Part shown: one piece after another, positions 52,536 through 63,068 of the stretch
Numbering within the stretch: position 1 is the stretch's first letter
Layout of the letters: each line of letters opens with the position of its first letter
NCBI RefSeq assembly: GCF_041248615.1
Contig: NZ_CP158426.1
From: Escherichia coli
GTDB taxonomy: Bacteria > Pseudomonadota > Gammaproteobacteria > Enterobacterales > Enterobacteriaceae
Direction: 5' to 3' (one strand)
Length of the DNA stretch: 64,000 bases
Position numbers and translations under genes: made by a program
The notes under the pieces: generated by a model
Told to the model about the DNA's origin: nothing
Databases searched by the model: none
What the model saw: the letters and a program-made list of their open reading frames with translations, nothing else

Positions 52536-53923
52536 TGCAAATCGTCTCTGTCGATATTGGTTCGACGTGGACCAAAGCAGCCCTCTTCGCCCGGGAGGGG
52601 GACGCGTTAACGTTGGTTAACCACGTACTGACCCCAACCACCACCCATCATCTGGCGAAGGGGTTTTTCTCCAGCCTGAACCTGGTGTTAAACGTAGATA
52701 ATGCCCTCCCCCTGTTTAACAGCGGTGAGGTTACATTGAAGTATTCCTCCTCTGCCAAAGGTGGGCTGGCGGTTGCCGCAATGGGATTGGTGCCTTCTAT
52801 CACCCTGGAAACCGCGAAAGTAACCGCTCACTCTGCGGGGGCTAAAATTGCGCAATATTACGCCTACAAGCTGAACCGCCGTGATATCCAGGCACTGGAA
52901 GAAACGCAGCCCGATATTCTCTTGTTCACCGGCGGCACCGACGGCGGAGAAGAAAGCTACGGCCTGAATAACGCCCGTGTGCTGGCAGAATCCAAACTCG
53001 ACTGCGCCATTATTTATGCCGGAAACCGGGATATTCAGGACGAGGTGCAGGAGATCCTAGGGCATAAAGACCTGACCATCGTCGACAACGTTCTGCCCGA
53101 TCTTGACCATCCGAACCCTTTAGCCGCACGCCAGGCTATCTGCGACATATTCCTTAAACGCATCGTTAAAGGGAAAGGGCTGGATGTCGTTGTTGATAAA
53201 ACAGGCGAAGAACCAATGCCGACACCATGGACGGTCTTTGAACTGGTTAAGGCAATCAGTAACGTCGATCACAGCTGGAAAGAGTTCATGCTGATCGACA
53301 TGGGCGGCGCAACCACCGATGTCTATTCCGCCTGTGCCAACACGCTCTCGCCCGACACCGTTTTACACGGCGTACCGGAACCCTTCGTGAAACGGACGGT
53401 GGAAGGCGATCTGGGAATGCGCGTCTCGGCAATGGTGGTTGGTGAAAGTGCGAAAGAGTTAGTCAATGTGAATTTTGCTCAGCAACCCGCACAGCTGGAC
53501 GCTTTTTATCATTACCTCCGTCATCTAGTCGCTCATCCCGACTACTTACCCGCGAATGCAGAAGAAAAATATTTCGATACCGTCCTGGCCGGACTGTGTG
53601 TGGGTTATGCCACCGAAAGACATGCGGGCACCAAAAAAGAGGTCTGCACCTGCGTCGGCAATGTCGATTTACAGATGGGACGTGACCTGACAACCGTGCG
53701 TAAAGTCGTCGGATCCGGCGGATGGCTCTCGCGTGCCAGTCAGTTCGATATGCATCACTGGTTGAAATACCGCGAGTTAAACGACGACGGTAAACGCATT
53801 CTCTTACCGACCGAATTTGAATATTACCGCGATTCCCGGGGGCTATTACCACTGCTGGCAAACGTCGCCAGAGTCGATCCGCTGGCCGCCGCGCGCACCA
53901 GTATTCAATGCTTAACCCTATAA
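52535..53923 (+). CDS. glmL: Glutamate mutase accessory protein (MutL/GlmL-like)
   Basis: 462 aa located between the S and E subunit genes, the arrangement known from Clostridium glutamate mutase operons. Confidence 0.7.
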   Translation: MQIVSVDIGSTWTKAALFAREGDALTLVNHVLTPTTTHHLAKGFFSSLNLVLNVDNALPLFNSGEVTLKYSSSAKGGLAVAAMGLVPSITLETAKVTAHSAGAKIAQYYAYKLNRRDIQALEETQPDILLFTGGTDGGEESYGLNNARVLAESKLDCAIIYAGNRDIQDEVQEILGHKDLTIVDNVLPDLDHPNPLAARQAICDIFLKRIVKGKGLDVVVDKTGEEPMPTPWTVFELVKAISNVDHSWKEFMLIDMGGATTDVYSACANTLSPDTVLHGVPEPFVKRTVEGDLGMRVSAMVVGESAKELVNVNFAQQPAQLDAFYHYLRHLVAHPDYLPANAEEKYFDTVLAGLCVGYATERHAGTKKEVCTCVGNVDLQMGRDLTTVRKVVGSGGWLSRASQFDMHHWLKYRELNDDGKRILLPTEFEYYRDSRGLLPLLANVARVDPLAAARTSIQCLTL

Positions 53924-53941
53924 CAATTAAGGCTGCAATCA

Positions 53942-55387
53942 ATGGAACTTCGAAATAAGAAATTAACCCATGACGAATTCATGACCGAGCGGCAACAGGT
54001 ACTGAAAACCTGGGAAACCGGCAAGGATGTTGAAAACTTTGAAGATGGCGTTAAATACCAACAAACCATTCCTGAGCATAAACGCTTCTCTCTTGCGCTG
54101 TTGAAAGCAGACAAGGAAGGTAAAACCCTTAGCCAACCGCGCGCAGGTGTGGCGCTGATGGACGAACACATCGAACTACTGAAAACACTACAAGAAGAGT
54201 GCGATCTGCTGCCGAGCACTATCGATGCATATACCCGTCTGAATCGGTACGAAGAAGCGGCTGTAGGGATTAAAAAATCCATCGAAGCCGGAACCTCTAA
54301 ACTGAACGGTTTGCCGGTAGTTAACCATGGCGTCGCAGCTTGCCGTCGCCTCACCGAAACCCTGCAAAAACCGCTACAGATCCGCCACGGCACGCCAGAT
54401 GCGCGTCTGCTGGCTGAAATCTCAATGGCCAGCGGCTTTACCAGTTATGAAGGCGGTGGCATTTCCTACAACATTCCGTATGCCAAACGCGTAACGCTGG
54501 AAAAATCGATCCGCGACTGGCAGTACTGCGACCGTTTAATGGGGATGTATGAAGAACACGGGATCCGCATCAACCGCGAACCGTTTGGCCCACTAACGGG
54601 TACGCTGATCCCGCCGTTTATCTCGCACTCTATCGCGATAATCGAAGGCTTGCTGGCGCTGGAACAGGGTGTGAAATCTATCACCGTTGGTTATGGACAG
54701 GTCGGCAGCCTGACGCAGGATGTTGCGGCGATCCAGTCTCTGCGTGAACTTGCACACGAATATTTTCAGAGCTATGGCTATACCGACTATGAATTAAGTA
54801 CCGTGTTTCACCAGTGGATGGGCGGCTTTCCGGAAGACGAATCGAAAGCGTTCGCTATTATCTCCTGGGGCGCAGCCGTCGCGGGGATGTCTGGTGCCAC
54901 CAAAGTCATCACCAAAAGTCCGCACGAAGCCTGGGGCATCCCGACTGCCGCTGCCAACATTCAGGGGCTGAAAGCCTCCCGCCAGATGCTCAACATGGTC
55001 AACGAGCAGAAATTCCCGCCGTGCCCTGCGGTTGAACTGGAAATTGAACTGATTAAGAGCGAGGTTCGCGCGGTACTGAATAAAGTGTTCGAACTGGGTA
55101 ATGGTGATATTGCGCGCGGTACGGTGCTGGCATTTGAAGCGGGCGTACTGGATGTGCCGTTTGCGCCAGCCGCCTGCAACGCGGGCAAAATTCTTCCGGT
55201 CCGTGACAACACCGGCGCGATACGCGTACTGGAAGCCGGAGCCGTTCCATTGCCAAAAGATATTCTCGACCTCCACCACGATTACGTTGCTGAACGCGCA
55301 CGCTTTGAAGGACGCCAACCGACATTCCAGATGGTTGTAGATGACATCAATGCTGTATCCCACAGTAAATTAATAGGAAGACCATAA
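53942..55387 (+). CDS. glmE: Glutamate mutase epsilon subunit (methylaspartate mutase E chain)
   Basis: 481 aa; size and position match GlmE. Confidence 0.8.
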   Translation: MELRNKKLTHDEFMTERQQVLKTWETGKDVENFEDGVKYQQTIPEHKRFSLALLKADKEGKTLSQPRAGVALMDEHIELLKTLQEECDLLPSTIDAYTRLNRYEEAAVGIKKSIEAGTSKLNGLPVVNHGVAACRRLTETLQKPLQIRHGTPDARLLAEISMASGFTSYEGGGISYNIPYAKRVTLEKSIRDWQYCDRLMGMYEEHGIRINREPFGPLTGTLIPPFISHSIAIIEGLLALEQGVKSITVGYGQVGSLTQDVAAIQSLRELAHEYFQSYGYTDYELSTVFHQWMGGFPEDESKAFAIISWGAAVAGMSGATKVITKSPHEAWGIPTAAANIQGLKASRQMLNMVNEQKFPPCPAVELEIELIKSEVRAVLNKVFELGNGDIARGTVLAFEAGVLDVPFAPAACNAGKILPVRDNTGAIRVLEAGAVPLPKDILDLHHDYVAERARFEGRQPTFQMVVDDINAVSHSKLIGRP

Positions 55388-56628
55388 TGAAAATAAAACA
55401 GGCTCTGTTCACCGCTGGCTACTCCTCATTCTATTTCGATGACCAGCAGGCGATAAAAAACGGAGCGGGTCATGACGGCTTTTTTTATACCGGGGAGCCA
55501 GTAACACAGGGGTTTAACGCCGTACGTCAGGCCGGGGAGTGCGTATCGGTACAGTTGATTCTGGAAAACGGCGCGGTCGCCGTAGGTGACTGTGCTGCCG
55601 TACAGTATTCCGGGGCAGGTGGTCGCGATCCACTGTTCCTCGCAGAGCACTTTATTCCGTTCCTCAACGACCATATCAAGCCATTACTGGTAGGCCGCGA
55701 TGTGGATGCTTTCCTGCCGAATGCCCGTTTCTTCGACAAATTGCGTATTGACGGCAACTTGCTACATACCGCCGTGCGCTACGGATTATCACAGGCGCTG
55801 CTTGATGCTACCGCGCTGGCAACCGGCCGTCTGAAAACTGAAGTAGTTTGCGATGAATGGCAGTTGCCACGCGTGGCGGAATCCATTCCATTATTTGGTC
55901 AGAGCGGTGACGATCGATATATCGCCGTCGATAAGATGATCCTTAAGGGCATCGACGTGCTGCCCCATGCACTGATTAATAACGTCGAAGAGAAACTAGG
56001 CTTTAAAGGTGAAAAACTGCGCGAATATGTCCGCTGGCTGTCGGATCGTATTCTGAGCAAGCGCACCAGCGCACGCTACCACCCTACCCTGCACATCGAT
56101 GTATACGGCACTATCGGTCTGATCTTCGATATGGATCCGCTTCGCTGTGCGCAATACATCGCCAGCCTGGAAAAAGAAGCGCAAGGCCTGCCGCTCTACA
56201 TTGAAGGGCCGGTCGATGCCGGTAACAAGCCCGATCAAATTCGCCTGCTGACCGCGATTACCAAAGAGCTGACGCGCCTCGGTTCCGGCGTGAAAATTGT
56301 GGCCGATGAATGGTGTAACACCTACCAGGATATTGTTGATTTTACTGATGCCGCCAGTTGCCACATGGTGCAAATCAAAACCCCGGATCTGGGCAGTATT
56401 CACAACATCGTCGATGCGGTTCTTTACTGCAACAGCCACAGCATGGAAGCGTACCAGGGCGGCACCTGCAATGAAACTGATGTCAGTGCCCGCACCTGTG
56501 TCCACGTCGCCCTTGCCGCTCGCCCTATGCGTATGCTGGTAAAGCCAGGGATGGGCTTTGACGAAGGCCTCGATATCGTCTTCAACGAAATGAATCGTAC
56601 TATCGCGCTGTTGCAGGCTAAGGATTAA
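55387..56628 (+). CDS. 3-methylaspartate ammonia-lyase (enolase superfamily)
   Basis: 413 aa MKIKQALFTAGYSSFYFDDQQAIKNGAGHDGF...; size and N-terminus match methylaspartase as remembered. Start overlaps the glmE stop. Confidence 0.8.
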   Translation: MKIKQALFTAGYSSFYFDDQQAIKNGAGHDGFFYTGEPVTQGFNAVRQAGECVSVQLILENGAVAVGDCAAVQYSGAGGRDPLFLAEHFIPFLNDHIKPLLVGRDVDAFLPNARFFDKLRIDGNLLHTAVRYGLSQALLDATALATGRLKTEVVCDEWQLPRVAESIPLFGQSGDDRYIAVDKMILKGIDVLPHALINNVEEKLGFKGEKLREYVRWLSDRILSKRTSARYHPTLHIDVYGTIGLIFDMDPLRCAQYIASLEKEAQGLPLYIEGPVDAGNKPDQIRLLTAITKELTRLGSGVKIVADEWCNTYQDIVDFTDAASCHMVQIKTPDLGSIHNIVDAVLYCNSHSMEAYQGGTCNETDVSARTCVHVALAARPMRMLVKPGMGFDEGLDIVFNEMNRTIALLQAKD

Positions 56629-56631
56629 CAA

Positions 56632-58002
56632 ATGGCTCGTTCTTTTAAAGTCTTATCGCCAACGGCAATCCTCGGGTATGGATTCCCGGAAGAGAGCTTC
56701 CGTAAAGCGATGGCAGAATCGCCCGATCTGATCGCCGTTGATGCAGGCTCTTCCGATCCTGGCCCCCACTACCTCGGGGCGGGCAAACCGTTTACCGATC
56801 GCGCAGGGGTCAAGCGCGATCTGCGCTATATGATCACCGCAGGCGTGCAAAATAATATACCGGTGGTGATCGGAACGGCTGGCGGTTCTGGTGCCGCACC
56901 ACACCTGGAGTGGTGCCGAGAAATAATTCATGAGATTGCCCAGGAAGAGCACCTCTCGTTCTCAATGGCGCTGATCCCGGCAGACGTTGACAAAGCCATC
57001 GTCCACCAGGCGCTGGATAACGGCAAAATCACGGCGCTGGAGTTTGTCCCGCCGTTAACCCACGACGCGATTGACGAAAGTACGTATATCGTTGCGCAAA
57101 TGGGCATCGAACCCTTCCAGCGGGCGCTGAAAGAAGGCGCGCAAGTGGTGCTGGGCGGGCGCGCTTACGACCCGGCCTGCTTTGCTGCGCTTCCGATCAT
57201 GCAAGGCTTTGATGAAGGTCTGGCGCTGCATTGTGGGAAAATCCTTGAATGCGCGGCAATCGCCGCAACGCCCGGCTCAGGCTCTGACTGTGCGATGGGC
57301 ATCATTGATGACAACGGCTTTACGCTGAAGACATTTAATCCGAAGCGTAAATTTACCGAAACGTCAGCGGCTGCACACACACTGTATGAGAAATCCGATC
57401 CCTACTTCCTGCCTGGACCTGGCGGCGTGTTGAACCTGAAAGGCTGCACATTTAAAGCGGTCAATGACAGCGAAGTGTACGTCAGCGGTTCTAAGCATGA
57501 AGAAACGCCGTATGCCCTGAAACTGGAAGGTGCGCGACGAGTGGGCTTCCGCTGTCTGACCATCGCAGGAACGCGCGACCCGATCATGATCGCCGGGATC
57601 GATAAAATCATCGATGAAGTCAAAACCAGCGTTTCGCGTAACCTGTCGCTCGACGATGACAGCATTCGCATCAATTTCCACCTGTACGGCAAAAACGGGG
57701 TGATGGGAGACCATGAACCGATGCAAACTGCCGGGCATGAGCTGGGGATTGTCCTTGATGTAGTTGCACCGACCCAGGAAATTGCCAACAGCGTTTGCTC
57801 GCTGGTGCGCTCTACCATGCTGCACTACGGCTATGAAAACCGCATCGCTACCGCAGGTAATCTGGCGTTCCCGTTCTCCCCTTCTGATATCCAGGGCGGG
57901 CCGGTATACGAATTTTCCATATATCACCTGATTGAAGCCAACGACGCTCTGCGTTTTGATTTCCATATTGAACAGGTGACGCCAGAAGGAGTTCAGGCAT
58001 GA
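56632..58002 (+). CDS. DUF1446 (AtuA-like) family protein, function unknown
   Basis: 456 aa ORF inside the mesaconate operon; family assignment from memory of AtuA-like sequences, unverified. Confidence 0.45.
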   Translation: MARSFKVLSPTAILGYGFPEESFRKAMAESPDLIAVDAGSSDPGPHYLGAGKPFTDRAGVKRDLRYMITAGVQNNIPVVIGTAGGSGAAPHLEWCREIIHEIAQEEHLSFSMALIPADVDKAIVHQALDNGKITALEFVPPLTHDAIDESTYIVAQMGIEPFQRALKEGAQVVLGGRAYDPACFAALPIMQGFDEGLALHCGKILECAAIAATPGSGSDCAMGIIDDNGFTLKTFNPKRKFTETSAAAHTLYEKSDPYFLPGPGGVLNLKGCTFKAVNDSEVYVSGSKHEETPYALKLEGARRVGFRCLTIAGTRDPIMIAGIDKIIDEVKTSVSRNLSLDDDSIRINFHLYGKNGVMGDHEPMQTAGHELGIVLDVVAPTQEIANSVCSLVRSTMLHYGYENRIATAGNLAFPFSPSDIQGGPVYEFSIYHLIEANDALRFDFHIEQVTPEGVQA

Positions 58003-58316
58003 AACAGTCAATTGTCTCACTGGCGCAAGTCATTCGTTCGAAAAATGCCGGACCTTACGAACTGGTTTTAGATATTTTATTTAAAACCAAAGAAAACTAT
58101 GAGCGTGTCAAATCATCAGGGCAATTAACCCCAGAACTGATCGCGCGCTTATATCATGTTGAACCTGACTTTATTCATCGTATTGTCTGGTTTGATCCTT
58201 CTAACGCAGTAAAAATCGTCATGCCACGAGATATTATCTCCGGGAATGTAGGTGACAATGATGTCTATGGTGCACAGCAACATGCACCTTTATTAAATAT
58301 GAGTTTCGATTTGTAA
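57999..58316 (+). CDS. DUF4387-like small protein, function unknown
   Basis: 105 aa; start overlaps the DUF1446-like stop (ATGA), suggesting translational coupling and a two-protein unit. Confidence 0.4.
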   Translation: MKQSIVSLAQVIRSKNAGPYELVLDILFKTKENYERVKSSGQLTPELIARLYHVEPDFIHRIVWFDPSNAVKIVMPRDIISGNVGDNDVYGAQQHAPLLNMSFDL

Positions 58317-58476
58317 AAATCCGAATACTTTTAGCCAACTGACATCCCGTCACTTATTGCAGTTCAACACTTCAGCTATTTGTAAGGTTGTAATAGCAGG
58401 TAGATGCCTGAATCTCTATTCGGGCATCTACTTCTCCTGATTCTGATTTATCGCCGTGCACCTGATGGAGGAAAAA

Positions 58477-59757
58477 ATGAAGAAAATAAGTTTAACCACG
58501 ATGATTCTTTTGGCGCTGGTACTTGGAATGATTATCGGCGTAGTGCTCAATAACACTGCTTCACCGGAAACCGAAAAACTCTATGCGCAAGAAATATCGA
58601 TATTCACGACGATTTTCTTACGACTGATAAAAATGATTATCGCTCCGTTAGTGGTCTCTACCCTGGTGGTAGGTATAGCTAAAATGGGCGATGCCAAAGC
58701 CCTTGGTCGTATTTTTTCTAAAACACTCTTTTTATTTATTTGCGCCTCATTGCTGTCAATTGCCTTAGGCTTGATAACAGTAAATTTCTTCATGCCAGGC
58801 ACAGGAATTAATTTTGTTGCACACGGAGCCGAAACCACCGGAGTGGTCGCGTCAGAACCCTTTACGCTAAAAGTATTTATTTCGCATGCTTTCCCCACCA
58901 GCATTGTCGATGCCATGGCGCACAATGAAATTTTGCAAATCGTGGTGTTCTCAATTTTCCTCGGCTGTAGCCTGACGGCGATTGGCGAGAAAGGCAGCGC
59001 CATCGTTCACGCCTTAGATTCGCTGGCACATGCCATGTTAAAGCTCACTGGCTACGTCATGCTCTTCGCTCCCCTGACCGTATTCGCTGCTATTTCAGCA
59101 TTGATTGCTGAACGAGGACTGGCAGTTATGGTGAGCGCCGGGATCTTTATGGGTGAATTTTATTTCACCATGTTATTACTTTGGGTGCTGCTTATCGGTC
59201 TGGCCATCGTTTATGTTGGCCCCTGCATCAGACGCCTGACCCGCGCCCTTTCGGAACCCGCCCTGCTGGCATTTACCACATCCAGTTCTGAAGCGGCTTT
59301 TCCGGGAACGCTTGAAAAACTGGAGCAATTTGGCGTTTCCCCCAAAATTGCCAGCTTTGTCTTACCCATTGGCTACTCATTTAATCTTGTTGGATCAATG
59401 GCCTACTGCTCCTTCGCCACAGTTTTCATCGCCCAGGCCTGCAATATCCATTTATCCATCGGTGAGCAAATCACCATGCTGTTGATCCTGATGTTGACCT
59501 CGAAAGGAATGGCTGGCGTACCACGCGCCTCAATGGTGGTTATCGCCGCCACGCTCAACCAGTTCAATATTCCGGAAGCGGGGCTGATCTTGCTGATGGG
59601 CGTTGATCCGTTCCTTGATATGGGGCGTTCCGCGACAAACGTCATGAGCAACGCAATGGGCGCTGCGATGGTGAGTCGGTGGGAAGGCGAACATTTCGGC
59701 GAGGGTTGTCGGGGTAAAGCATTAAAACCCAATGAATCGAACGTTGCTCTGCCCTGA
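58477..59757 (+). CDS. Dicarboxylate/amino acid:cation symporter (GltP/DAACS family), likely glutamate or C4/C5-dicarboxylate uptake
   Basis: Track ORF 58456..59757 trimmed to ATG 58477 with RBS ggagg (426 aa). Polytopic with conserved DAACS-like motifs. Confidence 0.75.
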   Translation: MKKISLTTMILLALVLGMIIGVVLNNTASPETEKLYAQEISIFTTIFLRLIKMIIAPLVVSTLVVGIAKMGDAKALGRIFSKTLFLFICASLLSIALGLITVNFFMPGTGINFVAHGAETTGVVASEPFTLKVFISHAFPTSIVDAMAHNEILQIVVFSIFLGCSLTAIGEKGSAIVHALDSLAHAMLKLTGYVMLFAPLTVFAAISALIAERGLAVMVSAGIFMGEFYFTMLLLWVLLIGLAIVYVGPCIRRLTRALSEPALLAFTTSSSEAAFPGTLEKLEQFGVSPKIASFVLPIGYSFNLVGSMAYCSFATVFIAQACNIHLSIGEQITMLLILMLTSKGMAGVPRASMVVIAATLNQFNIPEAGLILLMGVDPFLDMGRSATNVMSNAMGAAMVSRWEGEHFGEGCRGKALKPNESNVALP

Positions 59758-59864
59758 GGGGGATCTTAAGCAATCAGAAGCCAATGACTACGCATTTTTA
59801 TAAGCCGGATCATGAAGTTAGACGGCAATTAAGTAAAACTAACGTTTAAGGTGAAAAGTGAAAT

Positions 59865-61517
59865 ATGTCCAAACCATTTATCTGGCAAGAACCGTTTCTA
59901 CAAAATAAAGACGGTACAGAATATACATTAATTAGCGATCAACATATTACAGTAACGGAATTAGACGGCGAAGAAGTAATAAAAATCGCTCCTGAAGCAT
60001 TAACGCTGCTTGCCCGGCAGGCATTTTATGAAGCCTCTTTTTTCTTACGTTCCGCTCATTTGCAACAGGTCGCCAGCATTCTTAACGATCCGCAGGCCAG
60101 TAGTAATGATAAATACGTTGCGTTGCAGTTATTACGTAATGCTGAAGTCTCAGCAAAAGGGGTATTACCCAACTGTCAGGATACCGGCACCGCAACTATT
60201 GTTGCCAGTAAAGGGCAACAGATATGGACGGGAGGTAACGACGCTGAAGCCTTAAGCAAAGGCATTTACAGTACTTTCCAGGAAAATAACCTGCGCTTTT
60301 CACAAAATGCGCCGCTGGATATGTACACCGAAGTCAATACGCAAACCAATCTCCCGGGGCAGATTGATATCAGCGCTGTCGCTGGTGATGAGTACCATTT
60401 TCTCTGTATTAATAAAGGGGGCGGCTCTGCCAATAAAGCCGCGCTTTATCAGGAAACCAAATCCTTATTGCAACCAGAAAAACTGACCGCATTTTTAATC
60501 GAAAAAATGAAATCGCTGGGCACCGCTGCCTGCCCGCCTTACCACATCGCCTTTGTCGTCGGAGGGCTTTCAGCCGATCAAACCTTAAAAGTTGCCAAGC
60601 TGGCCTCAACGAAATATTACGACAATTTGCCCACCAGCGGAAACGAGCAAGGACAAGCATTCCGTGATATTGAGCTGGAAAAAGTATTGCTCGAGGCCAG
60701 TCAGCAATTTGGTATTGGTGCGCAATTTGGAGGTAAATATTTCGCTCATGATATTCGCGTCATTCGTCTGCCGCGTCACGGTGGCTCCTGCCCGATAGCT
60801 ATGGCGCTCTCCTGTTCTGCCGATCGCAATATCAAAGCAAAAATTAACAAGCACGGTATCTGGCTGGAAAAACTCGAACACAATCCGGGGCAATATATTC
60901 CAGCCTCACTGCGGGAAGAAAATCACGCGCAACATGTACAACTGGATCTAAACCGTCCGTTGCGTGACGTGATGCAGGATCTCGCCAGATTACCGGTAGG
61001 CACCCGCGTGTCGTTAAGTGGTCCCATCGTAGTGGCACGCGATATCGCCCACGCCAAAATAAAAGCGCGGCTGGATAACGCCGAACCGATGCCGGATTAC
61101 CTGAAGCATCATATTGTCTATTACGCTGGCCCGGCGAAAACACCGGAGAACATGGCCTGCGGTTCACTGGGTCCAACCACGGGCGGTCGAATGGACGGTT
61201 ATGTCGATACCTTCCAGGCGGCTGGCGGCAGTCTGGTGATGTTATCGAAAGGTAACCGCAGCCAGCAGGTCACCGATGCCTGTCACAAACATGGTGGCTT
61301 CAATCTGGGTAGTATTGGCGGTGCAGCTGCGTTACTGGCGCAAGAATATGTCAAAAGTCTGCGTTGCCTGGAATACCCGGAGCTGGGTATGGAAGCGGTG
61401 TGGATGATGGAAGTGGAAAATCTGCCCGCATTCATCCTGGTAGATGATAAAGGCAATAATTTCTTTAGTCAGTTTGAGCAGCAACACCGCTGCGCCAGTT
61501 GCCCTGCGGGACATTAA
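59865..61517 (+). CDS. fumD: Class I fumarate hydratase family enzyme (mesaconase/fumarase FumD-type)
   Basis: 550 aa FumA/FumB-like Fe-S hydratase (C-terminal CxxC-containing region). Its context with glutamate mutase and methylaspartase implies mesaconate hydration. Confidence 0.75.
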   Translation: MSKPFIWQEPFLQNKDGTEYTLISDQHITVTELDGEEVIKIAPEALTLLARQAFYEASFFLRSAHLQQVASILNDPQASSNDKYVALQLLRNAEVSAKGVLPNCQDTGTATIVASKGQQIWTGGNDAEALSKGIYSTFQENNLRFSQNAPLDMYTEVNTQTNLPGQIDISAVAGDEYHFLCINKGGGSANKAALYQETKSLLQPEKLTAFLIEKMKSLGTAACPPYHIAFVVGGLSADQTLKVAKLASTKYYDNLPTSGNEQGQAFRDIELEKVLLEASQQFGIGAQFGGKYFAHDIRVIRLPRHGGSCPIAMALSCSADRNIKAKINKHGIWLEKLEHNPGQYIPASLREENHAQHVQLDLNRPLRDVMQDLARLPVGTRVSLSGPIVVARDIAHAKIKARLDNAEPMPDYLKHHIVYYAGPAKTPENMACGSLGPTTGGRMDGYVDTFQAAGGSLVMLSKGNRSQQVTDACHKHGGFNLGSIGGAAALLAQEYVKSLRCLEYPELGMEAVWMMEVENLPAFILVDDKGNNFFSQFEQQHRCASCPAGH

Positions 61518-61526
61518 GGAAAATGA

Positions 61527-62129
61527 ATGGAAGCGCGAATTTCAACTGAACGGCATGTGCAGCGCCAGCAGAAATTGAAGGAACAGGTCGATACGCGCGT
61601 CGCGGCGGCGATAGAGAAAAAAGGGATTTTGATTGTTTTCACCGGCAATGGCAAAGGGAAATCCACTGCCGCGTTTGGTACTGTGACGCGCGCGGTGGGT
61701 CATGGCAAAACGGTGGGGGTTGCGCAGTACATCAAGGGGCAATGGGACAACGGCGAATACAACCTTCTCCAGCCGCTGGGGGTTGAGTTTCATATTATGG
61801 GAACCGGTTTTACCTGGGAGACACAGAACCGGCAAGCGGATATCGACGCGGCGAAAGAGGTCTGGTCGGAAAGCAAACGGATGCTGGCTGACAAGCGTTA
61901 CGACTTAGTGGTGCTTGATGAGCTGACCTATATGCTGGCTTACCATTATCTGGACACCGAAGAAGTGATCGCTTCTCTGCAAAACCGCCCGGCACAACAA
62001 AGTGTCATTGTCACCGGACGCGGTTGCCACAGTCAGATATTAAAAATGGCGGATACGGTCAGCGAAATCCGCCCCGTCAAACATGCTTTTGATAACGGCA
62101 TTCAGGCGCAGCCGGGTATCGACTGGTAA
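61527..62129 (+). CDS. Cob(I)alamin adenosyltransferase (CobA/BtuR-type)
   Basis: 200 aa with P-loop GNGKGKSTAAFG; highly similar to E. coli BtuR from memory. Likely supplies adenosylcobalamin for glutamate mutase. Confidence 0.8.
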   Translation: MEARISTERHVQRQQKLKEQVDTRVAAAIEKKGILIVFTGNGKGKSTAAFGTVTRAVGHGKTVGVAQYIKGQWDNGEYNLLQPLGVEFHIMGTGFTWETQNRQADIDAAKEVWSESKRMLADKRYDLVVLDELTYMLAYHYLDTEEVIASLQNRPAQQSVIVTGRGCHSQILKMADTVSEIRPVKHAFDNGIQAQPGIDW

Positions 62130-62162
62130 TAACTGCGCCTGGCATCCCGCCAGGCGCAGGTT

Positions 62163-63068
62163 TTACATCTCCTGCGGTACGACCGATTTCGCCAGCAACC
62201 ATTCACGAAATTGCTGCAAGTGCGGCGAGTCAGACTTCTCTTCCTGCCACGTCATAATAAAACGATTACCGGTACGAATAGGCACATCACAGGGAATCAC
62301 CATATCGCCACTATCCAAATCATGTTGAATAGCGAACCGTGGTAACAGCGCCACGCCGAGATTAGAGCGCACGGCGGCAATCAGCATTGAAAGCAAATCG
62401 AAACGTGGTCCGTTATTGACCAGCGGACTGCTAACGCCAGATAAAGCAAACCACTCTTCCCAGCCAGTAATACGGGTGCTTTGATGCAGAAGTGGTAACT
62501 CAGTAAGCAGTTCTGCCACTGACAGTTTTTGATCGGACATTGCAAGCAAACTGCCGCTGCATACCGGCAAAATCTCCTCATCAAAGAGATATTCTACTTC
62601 CGCCCAGGGCGCGCAAAAATTTTCGCGCATAATGACAGCATCGTACTCCCGATTAAGAAAATCGCCGTTATTAGCTAAAGAATGAATATTAACAATAATA
62701 TCGGGATGTAACTTTGTGAATTCATGTAAATTTGGGATTAACCAGTGGGTACTAAAAGTAGGATTAACGGCAAGTTCAATAACCTGAACCGTAGGCTGCC
62801 AGGTCATAATGGTATTGGTATCGCGTTCCAGCTTATTTAATGTTTCTTTTACTATCCCCAGGTAATACTTCCCTGCATCATTAAGAAAAATACGTTTTTT
62901 AGAGTGTGAAAATAACGGAGTATGTAAAAATTCCTCCAGCGCACTCACTTGTCTGAATACAGCACTTTGGGTTAACGCTAACTCCTCTGCCGCTCTGGTA
63001 TAACTTTCATGACGTGCGACGACCTCAAAAGTCACCAGCAGCTCCGTTTTAGGTATTTTTCCTCGCAT
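62163..63068 (-). CDS. LysR-family transcriptional regulator
   Basis: 301 aa with N-terminal LysR HTH (ESYTRAAEELALTQSAVFRQVSALE). Convergent with the operon. Confidence 0.8.
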   Translation of the reverse strand: MRGKIPKTELLVTFEVVARHESYTRAAEELALTQSAVFRQVSALEEFLHTPLFSHSKKRIFLNDAGKYYLGIVKETLNKLERDTNTIMTWQPTVQVIELAVNPTFSTHWLIPNLHEFTKLHPDIIVNIHSLANNGDFLNREYDAVIMRENFCAPWAEVEYLFDEEILPVCSGSLLAMSDQKLSVAELLTELPLLHQSTRITGWEEWFALSGVSSPLVNNGPRFDLLSMLIAAVRSNLGVALLPRFAIQHDLDSGDMVIPCDVPIRTGNRFIMTWQEEKSDSPHLQQFREWLLAKSVVPQEM

